Of a DNA stretch of 44,929 bases, positions 7,682 through 16,429 are shown in pieces. The stretch covers positions 1-44,929 of the forward strand of contig CAZLHV010000002.1 in NCBI GenBank assembly GCA_964559205.1, written 5' to 3'. The stretch comes from an uncultured Bacteroidaceae bacterium (lineage in GTDB: Bacteria; Bacteroidota; Bacteroidia; Bacteroidales; DTU049). How positions within the stretch are numbered: the first letter of the stretch is position 1; every line of letters begins with the position of its first letter. The position numbers and the translations under genes are program-made. Under the pieces are notes generated by a model, which was given only the letters and a program-made list of their open reading frames with translations, was not told the origin of the DNA and ran no database searches.

Positions 7682-10086
7682 CAGAATGTGGCTTTAATCG
7701 ACAGAACTACATTGCGCCCGGCTGCAGCAATCCCTGAACTATAAGGCCTGTAGCGCTGATCGCTGATGTTCTCGATTCCTGCGCTGACAGTCAAAGCGTC
7801 GTTCATCTGATACATGGCCTTGAAATTCAATGTGTACCACGATGGCGACCATGGATTTCCATTGTCATCGATGGCGTAAATTTCGGTTTTGTCTTTCTCT
7901 TCTTCTGGCAGGTTTTCATACAACACTTCACCACTATATACCCAGTAAAACTGCATGGAAAGCTTTCCGGCATGATAGGTCAGCCGACTTGTTCCAAACA
8001 TGGGTGGTGCATGCCGCAACGGACTCAAGGTGCCATCGTCGAGTTCTTCTTCACCTTTTTGATAATTGAAATCTGTTTCCAGTCCAAAACCCTGCGGAAG
8101 TTTCACTTCAAAGCCAAATTGAATCCCGTACACATGGGCTTCTGCTGCATTTTGTATTGCCTGTATTTTGCTCATTTCACCATCGTACATCATGCTGTCA
8201 AGGCCGTTGAGGGTGAAATCGCGTCGCACCAAGGCATTGTTGAGCAAGGTATAATAACCGGACATGTAAATTTTCATAAAGTCTCCAAAGACCCTTGAAA
8301 TTCCAAGATCGGCATTATAGGCATATTCAGGTTCGAGTCCGGCATTTGGTACAATGACCGATCCCGGTTCAGAGTCAAACACTTTTCCCATGTCATCGAC
8401 ATTCGGAGCCCTGAATGCTGTGGCGGCATTTGCGCTGAAAACCCATTTGTCTGATGGTCTCAGTACAAACCCAAGGCTACCAGTGAGCGCTCCGTTGTTT
8501 AATCTGGCATCGGTGTAAGGGATGGGATAAAATGTGGTGTCGAACACTGCGTCGATCGACGACTGACTGTAGCGGGCTCCCCCTTGAATGAGAAATTTAT
8601 GGCTTAATTTAAACTGATTGGTTAAATATAGTCCGAAGGAATTCCAGGTAGCCTGAGGGTAACGTGTTGGTCCGGCCTGCAGAGTGCCTGACTCAATGTC
8701 TTCGTCGACGCCGGTCGATGTAACATCGTTTATGACACCTTCGGCTCCATAGTACAGTACATTTTTTTTGCCGATGGCTTTGTTAAAATCGACATTGAGT
8801 GAGTAGGCATCAACTACTTCGGTTCTGATTTCCCGGGCAGCACTGTTGATGTTACGGCTGATACGGCTTTCTTCAAATTTCTGTTGTGCAAGGCGAACCG
8901 ACAACTGATCGAAGAATGCAGTTTTTTGGTTATAGGAGACATTAAGGTGATTCATCATCCATTTTTGCGGTCCGTACGACCATTCGCCATACCTTGGCAA
9001 TCCGTTTTTATACCTAATGTGACGGTCGTATCGTGCATAGGGAGAGGTTTCGGAATAATGAAAACCAAATTGAAAGTCCCATTTTTCGACCGGTTTGAAG
9101 CGGATTTTCTGCATCATATTGATTTGAGAATACCCTGAGGGCTTCTGGATTAATGGATCGTCGTTGGTAACGATTCGGTCGGCCGAGTCTTGCCGCATGA
9201 CATAGAATGGGCGCAAATATTCGTCAGGACCGTGGCTCCCCATTTTAAGGTCGTCGTAGTCAAAGGAACTGAAGCTGCTGAGAAAAGCCCATTTTTTCCA
9301 ACCGGTGTTGATGTCAAAATGGATTGTTTTCTCGTTGTTGGCCGAAGAGTAACGTGTCACAGCTTTTCCGCTGATCCAGGGTTTATCCGAAAGCGAAAGC
9401 TGTGGGGTTAAGGTCTGGAAACTCATTACCCCGCCAATGGCGTCGCTGCCGTAAATGACTGATCCGGGTCCAAAAAACACTTCGGTATTTTCGACTGCAA
9501 ACGGATCGAGCGAAATAACATTTTGTATATTACCTGCTCTAAAAATGGCAGTATTCATGCGAATGCCGTCGACCGAATACAACAGACGATTGGTGGCAAA
9601 ACCTCTGATCATGGGGCTTCCGCCTCCTTGCTGGCTTTTCTGGATAAACACTTTTCCGGAAATGCCCAGCAAATCTGCAGCGGTTTGAGGATTCTGCAGC
9701 GCCACGCTTCGCGGCGATATGCTAACAATGGATGAAGGAACGCCTGTTGATGCCTGATTCCATCGGGTGGCAGAAATCACCACTGCATCGATGTTGATGC
9801 CAGTGGCAGTCATTTTTACGGCGAAGCCGGCGTTTTCGAGCTGAGCATAGCTCATCGTTTCGGTTTTATAACCCAACATCCTGAATTCGATGGCTTCGGA
9901 ACCCCGAAAAAGCGATATGTCGGCTTGTCCCTGAGCATTTGTGGTTGAAAAGGCGTGAGGTCTGGCACTGATCATGGTGACAAATTCAAGCGGTGTGCCG
10001 GTTATCGCATCGCTCACTGTAACAATTTGTGCCTGCAGACATGAGGCCAAGCCCATGAATGCCATGATTGTAAGTATTTTTTTCAT
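7681..10086 (-). CDS. TonB-dependent outer-membrane receptor with N-terminal carboxypeptidase-regulatory-like domain
   Basis: Signal peptide ending LQAQ. The N-terminal domain IVTVSDAITGTPLEFVTM... is followed by a plug region (SPMIRGFATNRLLYSVDGIRMN) and a long beta-barrel that ends in the terminal aromatic ...SIKATF. No SusD-like partner is adjacent. Confidence 0.9.
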   Translation of the reverse strand: MKKILTIMAFMGLASCLQAQIVTVSDAITGTPLEFVTMISARPHAFSTTNAQGQADISLFRGSEAIEFRMLGYKTETMSYAQLENAGFAVKMTATGINIDAVVISATRWNQASTGVPSSIVSISPRSVALQNPQTAADLLGISGKVFIQKSQQGGGSPMIRGFATNRLLYSVDGIRMNTAIFRAGNIQNVISLDPFAVENTEVFFGPGSVIYGSDAIGGVMSFQTLTPQLSLSDKPWISGKAVTRYSSANNEKTIHFDINTGWKKWAFLSSFSSFDYDDLKMGSHGPDEYLRPFYVMRQDSADRIVTNDDPLIQKPSGYSQINMMQKIRFKPVEKWDFQFGFHYSETSPYARYDRHIRYKNGLPRYGEWSYGPQKWMMNHLNVSYNQKTAFFDQLSVRLAQQKFEESRISRNINSAAREIRTEVVDAYSLNVDFNKAIGKKNVLYYGAEGVINDVTSTGVDEDIESGTLQAGPTRYPQATWNSFGLYLTNQFKLSHKFLIQGGARYSQSSIDAVFDTTFYPIPYTDARLNNGALTGSLGFVLRPSDKWVFSANAATAFRAPNVDDMGKVFDSEPGSVIVPNAGLEPEYAYNADLGISRVFGDFMKIYMSGYYTLLNNALVRRDFTLNGLDSMMYDGEMSKIQAIQNAAEAHVYGIQFGFEVKLPQGFGLETDFNYQKGEEELDDGTLSPLRHAPPMFGTSRLTYHAGKLSMQFYWVYSGEVLYENLPEEEKDKTEIYAIDDNGNPWSPSWYTLNFKAMYQMNDALTVSAGIENISDQRYRPYSSGIAAAGRNVVLSIKATF

Positions 10087-10117
10087 TTTTTTTAATCTGG
10101 TTAAACAAAATAGTTAT

Positions 10118-10143
10118 GCTTCCCGTGAATGAATCAGGGAAGC
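10118..10143 (-). promoter_or_regulatory. Intra-operon stem-loop between the Cys-rich protein gene and the TonB receptor gene
   Basis: Stem gcttccc/gggaagc (7 bp) with a 12-nt loop, in the 74-nt gap upstream of the receptor ATG. It has no clean U-tract, so its function (attenuator or processing site) is unknown. Confidence 0.3.
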
Positions 10144-10160
10144 CGGCACATGTTCTTTGC

Positions 10161-10691
10161 TTATGCCAGACGGGGTGGAGGATAATCGGTACCGCAGAAA
10201 ACCTTATACCAGTGCTCGGAATAAATCCCTGTGGTCACATTTTGACATGCTGGATCCGGGATGCAGCATGTTTCAGTGCATTGAATGCATATGAAGTGAG
10301 AAGAGAAATCGCGCAACATTTTCGAAAAAGGAGAGTGTTTGTCGTCCCGAGCCGATTTTTCGTAACAAGCCATGAGCTCTTTCTCCCTGATATCTTTGTA
10401 GGCAAATAGGATCACCGAATCTGCCTTATGAACAATGGCTTTTACATCAAAATACTCACCTTTATAAATGATTTCGTCAATCTTATCCCTAACTTTAATA
10501 AAGGGCAGCCCCTGATCGAAGTCTTTCTTCGAAAAGCGCAAAGATTCGGCTTCATACACCGCCAGCGATTTCATGGTTTGTTTTGCCTGAGCGCGAATGT
10601 GGCTGCGATACGTTTGAAAAAGCAGATACTGTCCGCCCACCGCTGAGAGCAGAAAAAGCAGCAAAAGCATGATGGCACTGCACTTTTTCAT
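10161..10691 (-). CDS. Membrane-anchored hypothetical protein with Cys-rich C-terminus
   Basis: N-terminal signal or anchor MKKCSAIMLLLLFLLSAVGG. The C-terminal 45 aa contain 7 Cys (CIQCTETCCIPDPACQ...FCG). It lies between the histidine kinase and TonB receptor genes on the same strand. Confidence 0.7.
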   Translation of the reverse strand: MKKCSAIMLLLLFLLSAVGGQYLLFQTYRSHIRAQAKQTMKSLAVYEAESLRFSKKDFDQGLPFIKVRDKIDEIIYKGEYFDVKAIVHKADSVILFAYKDIREKELMACYEKSARDDKHSPFSKMLRDFSSHFICIQCTETCCIPDPACQNVTTGIYSEHWYKVFCGTDYPPPRLA

Positions 10692-10781
10692 ACGTTCTTT
10701 GAAACGGTAAAATTAATAAAAACAACAATCGAAGAAATAGTTGATCTTGTTTTTTTAATTGGGTTTGGAAAAGTCGGGTGA

Positions 10782-12137
10782 TTATTTATCGTTGCGCACA
10801 AAGGAAAGTAAGAACGTTGTACCGACGCCGATGGTGCTTTTCACATTTATCCTGATTCCATGCAGGTCGAAAATCTTTTCAACCAGGGACAGACCAATTC
10901 CGAACCCGCTTTTATATTTCACATTTGAAGCTCTGCTGAAGGGCTTGAAAATGTTGTTAATTTCTTGAGAAGGGATTCCTATTCCCTGGTCTGAAACTTC
11001 AATGTGCAGCTGCCCCGGTTCGAGGATGAAATCGACCAGCACGTCATTCTCGGAGAATTTGCAGGCGTTGTCGAGAAGGTTTCGGAATGCAATTTTAAGC
11101 AATCCGGCATTGCCGCTGAAAACAAGCAGCCCTTCGTTTTCGGGGTATTGAATTCGCGTGATTATTTTCCGTGACGGGTGTTTTGTTTTAAGCTGATGAA
11201 TGGTCTCGAAAACGATTTCATCGATTCGCACATCGCTTAAAGGGATGGGATGGTCTTTGTTAACCTGCGCCAGTTCAAGAAGGCTGTTGACTTGTTGGTT
11301 CAGCGTTTTTAAATCTTCAACAAGCATTGCCACATGCTTGCGGTATTCTTCGGCATTTTTAGGTGAGTTAAGCACATAATCCGCTTCGAGAATCATCACC
11401 GACAGCGGGGTGCGAAGCTCATGCGATGCATTCGAAACAAAATCCCTTTGATGATTGAAGGCCACTTCGAGGTTGGCCAGCATGTCGTTGAATGTTCGTG
11501 TAAGTTGAACAATTTCGTCGTTCCCTTTGCCGGTTCGCAGACGTTGACTTAGTTTTGACGAGTTGATTAACTTCACCTCACGGATGATTTTTGAAATAGG
11601 TCTGATGGCATTTCGCGAAAACAGATACGACATGATGATCGAGGCGAAAAGGCTGAGTAAAACGCTCCAGAATAAAATCCGCTTGAGGTCAGAAAGATTT
11701 TCGCGACGATTGTTATCGGTGGCCATGACCAACACGTGATAATCATGATTTCGAAACTGGTGCTTGTAATAAACGCCGTCTTTTTCGGCAAATGCAAAAA
11801 AACCTGAGTCGGATTTTGAAGCATAAGTGGTTAGCAGCGATCCGGAAAGATACTTAATGTTGTTGCTGTAGATGAGCTTTCCCGAATCGTTTGTGATGGC
11901 AATTTCCTCGTCATCGAGCAGAATGGTTTCCCGTTGAATTTTTTTTAACAGTGTTGAGTCAACCTCAGAAACATCGATGAGCAAAATGGCTGAGTTTTTT
12001 GCACTTTTCAGCAGATTATCCCGATATCGATCGAGTTGAGAGTTGTGGGAGAAATAATACACAAATGAGGCAAATAGCAGAAGAATCAAGAGGACAATTC
12101 CGGTAAACTGAAGTGAAAGTCGGATTTTAATATTCAT
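10782..12137 (-). CDS. Sensor histidine kinase (HisKA + HATPase_c), two TM segments
   Basis: H-box SNASHELRTPL, plus ATP-binding boxes LLDNACKF, SDQGIGIP and GFGIGLSLV. Its ATG is 1 nt downstream of the response regulator stop. Confidence 0.92.
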   Translation of the reverse strand: MNIKIRLSLQFTGIVLLILLLFASFVYYFSHNSQLDRYRDNLLKSAKNSAILLIDVSEVDSTLLKKIQRETILLDDEEIAITNDSGKLIYSNNIKYLSGSLLTTYASKSDSGFFAFAEKDGVYYKHQFRNHDYHVLVMATDNNRRENLSDLKRILFWSVLLSLFASIIMSYLFSRNAIRPISKIIREVKLINSSKLSQRLRTGKGNDEIVQLTRTFNDMLANLEVAFNHQRDFVSNASHELRTPLSVMILEADYVLNSPKNAEEYRKHVAMLVEDLKTLNQQVNSLLELAQVNKDHPIPLSDVRIDEIVFETIHQLKTKHPSRKIITRIQYPENEGLLVFSGNAGLLKIAFRNLLDNACKFSENDVLVDFILEPGQLHIEVSDQGIGIPSQEINNIFKPFSRASNVKYKSGFGIGLSLVEKIFDLHGIRINVKSTIGVGTTFLLSFVRNDK

Positions 12138-12138
12138 A

Positions 12139-12828
12139 TCATCCTTCTGTTTCGCTGCAATAAAAACCTTTCCCGAATCGTGTGTGTATTAGCTTGGGTT
12201 CAAAATCCCTGTCGATTTTTTTTCTGAGATAGTTGATGTAAACATCAATAATGTTGGTGCCCGGATCAAAATCAATTCCCCACACGTTTTCAATAATTTG
12301 TTCGCGCGACAGCAACTTTCCCTTGTTTTTTAGAAACTCTTCGAGCAAGGCAAATTCCTTGTTTGTCAGCTCTATTTTTTGTTGTGCCCTGTACACGGTT
12401 TTGTCGGAAAGATTCATGACCAGATCAGCAATCGTGAGGGTTTCGGTGTTCGGCGCTGATTCTGAGCGCCTTAGAAACACATTGATGCGGGCTAAAAGTT
12501 CTCTGAAATCAAATGGTTTAACCAGATAATCATCGGCTCCTGCGTCGAAACCTTCAATTTTCTGATCTGTGGCACCCAGCGCTGTGAGCATGATGACCGG
12601 CACCCCGGAATTGATCTTTCTAATTTCGCGGCATAAATCATAGCCGTTGATAACCGGAATGTTGACATCAAGAATAATGAGGCTATACTGTTGATGCATG
12701 ACCAATTGCCTGCCAATGTAGCCATCCCAGGCAACCTCTGTGGCAAAACCCTTTTCCTGCAGTTGTTTTGCAATGACATCGGCCAGCCTTTGTTCATCTT
12801 CGATAATCAAAATTTTCGCCTTTTCCAC
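12139..12828 (-). CDS. OmpR/PhoB-family response regulator (receiver + winged-helix DNA-binding domain)
   Basis: Receiver motifs ILIIEDE, LIILDVNIP and VIMLTA, with KPF. The C-terminal trans_reg_C domain reads LTNKEFALLEEFLKNKGKLLSREQIIENVWG. Confidence 0.95.
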   Translation of the reverse strand: MEKAKILIIEDEQRLADVIAKQLQEKGFATEVAWDGYIGRQLVMHQQYSLIILDVNIPVINGYDLCREIRKINSGVPVIMLTALGATDQKIEGFDAGADDYLVKPFDFRELLARINVFLRRSESAPNTETLTIADLVMNLSDKTVYRAQQKIELTNKEFALLEEFLKNKGKLLSREQIIENVWGIDFDPGTNIIDVYINYLRKKIDRDFEPKLIHTRFGKGFYCSETEG

Positions 12829-12845
12829 ACACCGTACTTTAAATA

Positions 12846-12853
12846 CAAAAATA
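12846..12853 (-). promoter_or_regulatory. -7 box (TATTTTTG on minus strand) for the response-regulator operon
   Basis: Plus strand reads caaaaata. It lies 17 nt upstream of the ATG at 12828. Confidence 0.45.
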
Positions 12854-12875
12854 GTGATTTAGAATTTCAGGTTAA

Positions 12876-12929
12876 TTTCTAATGTAATTTTAATTATTGT
12901 CCAACCTTTTTTAATCTGTTTCTAATGTA
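12876..12929. promoter_or_regulatory. Two copies of an 11-bp direct repeat, tttctaatgta, between divergent promoters
   Basis: Identical 11-mers at 12876-12886 and 12919-12929, 43 bp start to start (about 4 helical turns). They lie between the two -7 boxes at 12846 and 12949. This is a candidate response-regulator binding site. Confidence 0.35.
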
Positions 12930-12948
12930 TGCCCCCTTTGCCGCTCCG

Positions 12949-12956
12949 TACCTTTG
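12949..12956 (+). promoter_or_regulatory. -7 box TACCTTTG upstream of the mini-ORF/nhaD leader
   Basis: Exact TAnnTTTG match, 19 nt upstream of the ATG at 12976. Confidence 0.45.
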
Positions 12957-12975
12957 CACCATCAAAAAAAGTCAG

Positions 12976-13071
12976 ATGAAAAAGCCCTTAATATCAGGAG
13001 GAATGGCCGTTTTATTATTTTTTCTTTCTGCCATTGCCCTGTTGCTGATCGTAAAATATGTTATTCTCTGA
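12976..13071 (+). CDS. Candidate 31-aa hydrophobic mini-protein or leader peptide (MKKPLISGGMAVLLFFLSAIALLLIVKYVIL)
   Basis: An ATG ORF placed at the spacing from the -7 box that is typical of this window, with a single predicted TM helix. It is too short for the supplied ORF track, so I read it directly from the sequence. Confidence 0.3.
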   Translation: MKKPLISGGMAVLLFFLSAIALLLIVKYVIL

Positions 13072-13186
13072 ACAACCTATGATGTCAGTCAAAAGAACAT
13101 GCATGCACACTCTGGCCGGGGTGATGCATTTCTGCATCTGTTTATGTTGATTAGGGCAAAGAATTCTTAACCTGAAACTCTTTTCT

Positions 13187-14572
13187 ATGGATTACTTTCT
13201 GTTGATGATTGTCATTTTTGTTCTTGGCTATATTGTCATTGCACTGGAGCATCCGCTAAAGATCGACAAGGCCGCTACAGCATTGTTCATTGGTTCGTTT
13301 ACCTGGGTTGCCTATATGCTGGGCGCCGGCGATATCCTTACCTCGGGAGTGAGTGTGGCGTGGAATGAATATGTGATGGGACATTCCGATGGGGCTTCGC
13401 TTGAAACCATGCGGGAATTCATAGTGCATCACGAAATTGTTGGACATCTTGGTGAGATCAGCGAGATTTTGTTCTTTTTACTGGGCGCCATGACCATCGT
13501 CGAAATTACTGATCAGTACAATGGATTCAGGGTGATTACCGACCGCATTAAAACCACGAAAAAAGTAAAGCTGCTGTGGATTGTAAGCTTCATCACCTTT
13601 TTTCTTTCTGCCATTCTCGACAATCTGACCACCACAATTGTGATGGTTGCTTTGTTGCGAAAGCTGATCGATGACAAGCATACCCGCTGGTTTTATGCGA
13701 GCATGGTGGTGCTGGCCGCCAACGCCGGAGGCGCCTGGTCACCCATTGGCGATGTCACCACCATCATGTTGTGGATTGGTGGACAGGTTACTACGGCCAA
13801 CATTATTTTACACACATTTTTACCCAGTCTGGTTTGCCTCGTTGTGCCTCTGATTTTGCTAAGCTTCACAATGAAAGGACACATTACAAGGCCAAAAGAA
13901 AACGAAGACTGTCATCATTCAAATGCAGCCATTAATGGAAATATCATGCTGATGTTAGGCGTGAGTGGATTGTTGTTTGTTCCTGTGTTTAAGACCATCA
14001 CTCATCTGCCTCCATACATGGGCATGCTGCTTAGTCTTGCAGTGATCTGGATCATTACCGAAATTATGCATCGCAAGAAACCACAGGAAAAAAAGCTCAG
14101 TGTTTCATCGATACTCTCAAAAGTTGATGTGCCCACGGTGTTGTTCTTTCTTGGAATACTTTCGGCTGTGGCGGCCTTGCAGTCTGCGGGGCAGCTAAAC
14201 CTACTGGCATTTGCCCTCGATAAGCATTTGGGCGACACCTATCTGATTGGCGGAGCGATTGGCGTGCTGTCGGCCATTGTCGATAATGTACCTCTGGTGG
14301 CAGGAGCGATGGGGATGTATCCTGTGGCGGAGCCGGGTGCAGAAGGCTATCTTGCCAATTTTGTTCAGGATGGTGTATTTTGGAAATACATTGCCTATAC
14401 CGCAGGAACCGGAGGAAGCATGCTGATTATCGGTTCTGCAGCTGGTGTGGCAGCCATGGGACTTGAGAAAATTGATTTTATTTGGTATCTGAAGAAAATT
14501 TCGCTTCTGGCGCTGCTTGGTTATCTGGCGGGTATTGGCGTGTTCATTCTTCAGCAAAGCCTGATGTCTTAA
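13187..14572 (+). CDS. nhaD: Na+/H+ antiporter NhaD-type (ArsB/NhaD permease superfamily)
   Basis: 461 aa with about 12 TM segments. Motifs SAILDNLTTTIVM, ANAGGAWSPIGDVTTIMLW and SAIVDNVPLV are typical of NhaD. Confidence 0.85.
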   Translation: MDYFLLMIVIFVLGYIVIALEHPLKIDKAATALFIGSFTWVAYMLGAGDILTSGVSVAWNEYVMGHSDGASLETMREFIVHHEIVGHLGEISEILFFLLGAMTIVEITDQYNGFRVITDRIKTTKKVKLLWIVSFITFFLSAILDNLTTTIVMVALLRKLIDDKHTRWFYASMVVLAANAGGAWSPIGDVTTIMLWIGGQVTTANIILHTFLPSLVCLVVPLILLSFTMKGHITRPKENEDCHHSNAAINGNIMLMLGVSGLLFVPVFKTITHLPPYMGMLLSLAVIWIITEIMHRKKPQEKKLSVSSILSKVDVPTVLFFLGILSAVAALQSAGQLNLLAFALDKHLGDTYLIGGAIGVLSAIVDNVPLVAGAMGMYPVAEPGAEGYLANFVQDGVFWKYIAYTAGTGGSMLIIGSAAGVAAMGLEKIDFIWYLKKISLLALLGYLAGIGVFILQQSLMS

Positions 14573-14692
14573 AAGTAAAGGATCTGTTTTTGGTTTTCGT
14601 GTTTAAGTTTTAACCGTATTCTAATATGTTTATGCTGAGTACTTTGGTATTTTTGTATGGTTAAGTTCACTCAGTGGTTTGAGATCTTAACA

Positions 14693-14720
14693 AAAACGGC
14701 GCGATGATTCGCGCCGTTTT
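14693..14720. terminator. Bidirectional terminator between the convergent transporter genes
   Basis: Stem aaaacggcgcg/cgcgccgtttt is a perfect 11 bp stem with a 6-nt loop. The A and T tracts are built into the stem ends. Confidence 0.8.
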
Positions 14721-14774
14721 ACTATGGTCGATAAGCCATTTGGCTCATTCTTACTTATTTAAGTTGAAACTCAA

Positions 14775-16271
14775 TTACTCAACCTCCAGAATTTCAGGAT
14801 GTGATTCAAGATACTGGTTCTGTTCAGGTGTAAGTTCAACACCTTTGAGAATTTTTGCCTGAATAGAAACCTTACAATCCGGCACATTGCATTCGGTTGC
14901 AGGTTCATGATGCTCCTTGTTGTTTTCGGGAACCCAGCCCCAAATGAAAAACATGGCAAAGAAACCAATGACATAGGCCGCCATAACGTGCCAGCCTTTG
15001 CGCAGCCAGAGCAACACGTTGCGTCCTTCAGGAAATTTATTGGTAATGGCCACACCTGCCGACGATCCAAACCAAATCATTGATCCGCCAAAACCAACGG
15101 CATATGCGAGTACGCCCCAGTCGTAGTGACCCTGATCGAGGCAAAGCTTGGTTAAAGGAATGTTATCGAATACCGATGAAACAAAGCCAAGGATGAAGGC
15201 TGTTGACCAGTGCGCTGAGGGCAGCGTGTCAACCGGCATCATCGAGGCACACATTACCAACGAAAGCAGAAAGATGGATCCTTTGATAGAACCCGAGGCT
15301 TCGTGCCAGGGAACTTTTGTGAAGATCATCCCGAGAACCAAAGCAACCCAAACGCCGAGCCATGGCATATCGAAATAAATATTGGTTGCAATGGCACCAG
15401 CAAGAATCATCAGCACAACGAAAATGTTTCCGAATTTAATTTTCACACCTTCCTTGGCATCCCTCTGTATGGGTTGATATTTATGCTGCTGATGCGAAGC
15501 AAACCATGCAAAAAACACCAGGGCAACTGCGGCAGCAATGAAAGCATGCAGCACATCACCAAAATAAACGCCATCAATCCACATCATGGTGGTGGTGGTG
15601 TCGCCGATTACAGAACCGGATCCACCGGCATTCGAGGCTGCCACAATGGCTGCAAGATATCCGATGTGCACTTTTTTGTTAAATACAACCAGAGCAACGG
15701 TTCCTCCAATCAGTGCCGCTGCGATATTATCGAGAAAAGACGACAAAATGAAAACCATGACCAGCAGAACAAAGGGTCCCATGAAACTGTCGGGCAGAAT
15801 ATTCGGTAGTTTGTCGGGAATTCCACTTTCCTCAAAAAGTTTGGCCAACACGGCAAAACCCAATAAAAGACCCAGAAGGTTGAGCAGAATGCTCCATTCG
15901 CCTGCTCGCGATTCTTTATCAGTGATTTGCTCTAGGAAAGGATTGGTCTCAAGATTTCCAACCAAATGCTCCACAAGATTAAACCCACTGTCCATGAGTA
16001 ATTTGTAGCCAAGAATGACAGCAAGACCGGTTAAGGCCACATAGAAGGTGTGATCGTGAAAAATGGCCACACTAATCAGGGTGGCAGCAAAAAGGAAAAA
16101 CTCGATACGGATTCCTCCCAGGGTGGGCATATCGGCCGAAGAACCGCCATGTCCGCCTGAGGCAAATGCCATCACCGGCACCATGAGCAGAAACATCATG
16201 CCCAGAATCTTTGCCAGATCTTTAAGCCTGAACGGCTTGTTCTCTTTGGTCAGAAAGTTAAAAATTCTCAT
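14775..16271 (-). CDS. ArsB/NhaD-superfamily (citrate-transporter-like) ion transporter, second paralog
   Basis: 498 aa, polytopic. Motifs SSFLDNIAAALI, ASNAGGSGSVIGDTTTTMMW and SSVFDNIPLT parallel those of the neighbouring NhaD. It has an extra soluble C-terminal tail of about 50 aa. Confidence 0.85.
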   Translation of the reverse strand: MRIFNFLTKENKPFRLKDLAKILGMMFLLMVPVMAFASGGHGGSSADMPTLGGIRIEFFLFAATLISVAIFHDHTFYVALTGLAVILGYKLLMDSGFNLVEHLVGNLETNPFLEQITDKESRAGEWSILLNLLGLLLGFAVLAKLFEESGIPDKLPNILPDSFMGPFVLLVMVFILSSFLDNIAAALIGGTVALVVFNKKVHIGYLAAIVAASNAGGSGSVIGDTTTTMMWIDGVYFGDVLHAFIAAAVALVFFAWFASHQQHKYQPIQRDAKEGVKIKFGNIFVVLMILAGAIATNIYFDMPWLGVWVALVLGMIFTKVPWHEASGSIKGSIFLLSLVMCASMMPVDTLPSAHWSTAFILGFVSSVFDNIPLTKLCLDQGHYDWGVLAYAVGFGGSMIWFGSSAGVAITNKFPEGRNVLLWLRKGWHVMAAYVIGFFAMFFIWGWVPENNKEHHEPATECNVPDCKVSIQAKILKGVELTPEQNQYLESHPEILEVE

Positions 16272-16429
16272 ATCTCAGTGGTTTAGAAATTTGCTGCAAA
16301 GGTTAAAAAAAATTACCACATACAATGGAGGTGGTTTCTTTTTGTATTGATTTTGAATGCATTGAAAAAATCAACATTCTTTGGACTCTTTTATTTGTCG
16401 TTCAGTAGGAATTGCCGATATTTGCCCCG

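Noticed and set aside
15303-16008. Shadow ORFs antisense to real genes: 15303..15809 and 15586..16008 here, plus 23474..23911, 26059..26604, 34414..34866 and 36616..37096 elsewhere
   Set aside because: Each lies antisense to a gene with strong family motifs (transporter, Omp85, FtsX permease, gap, BI-1). Each has low-complexity or odd composition.
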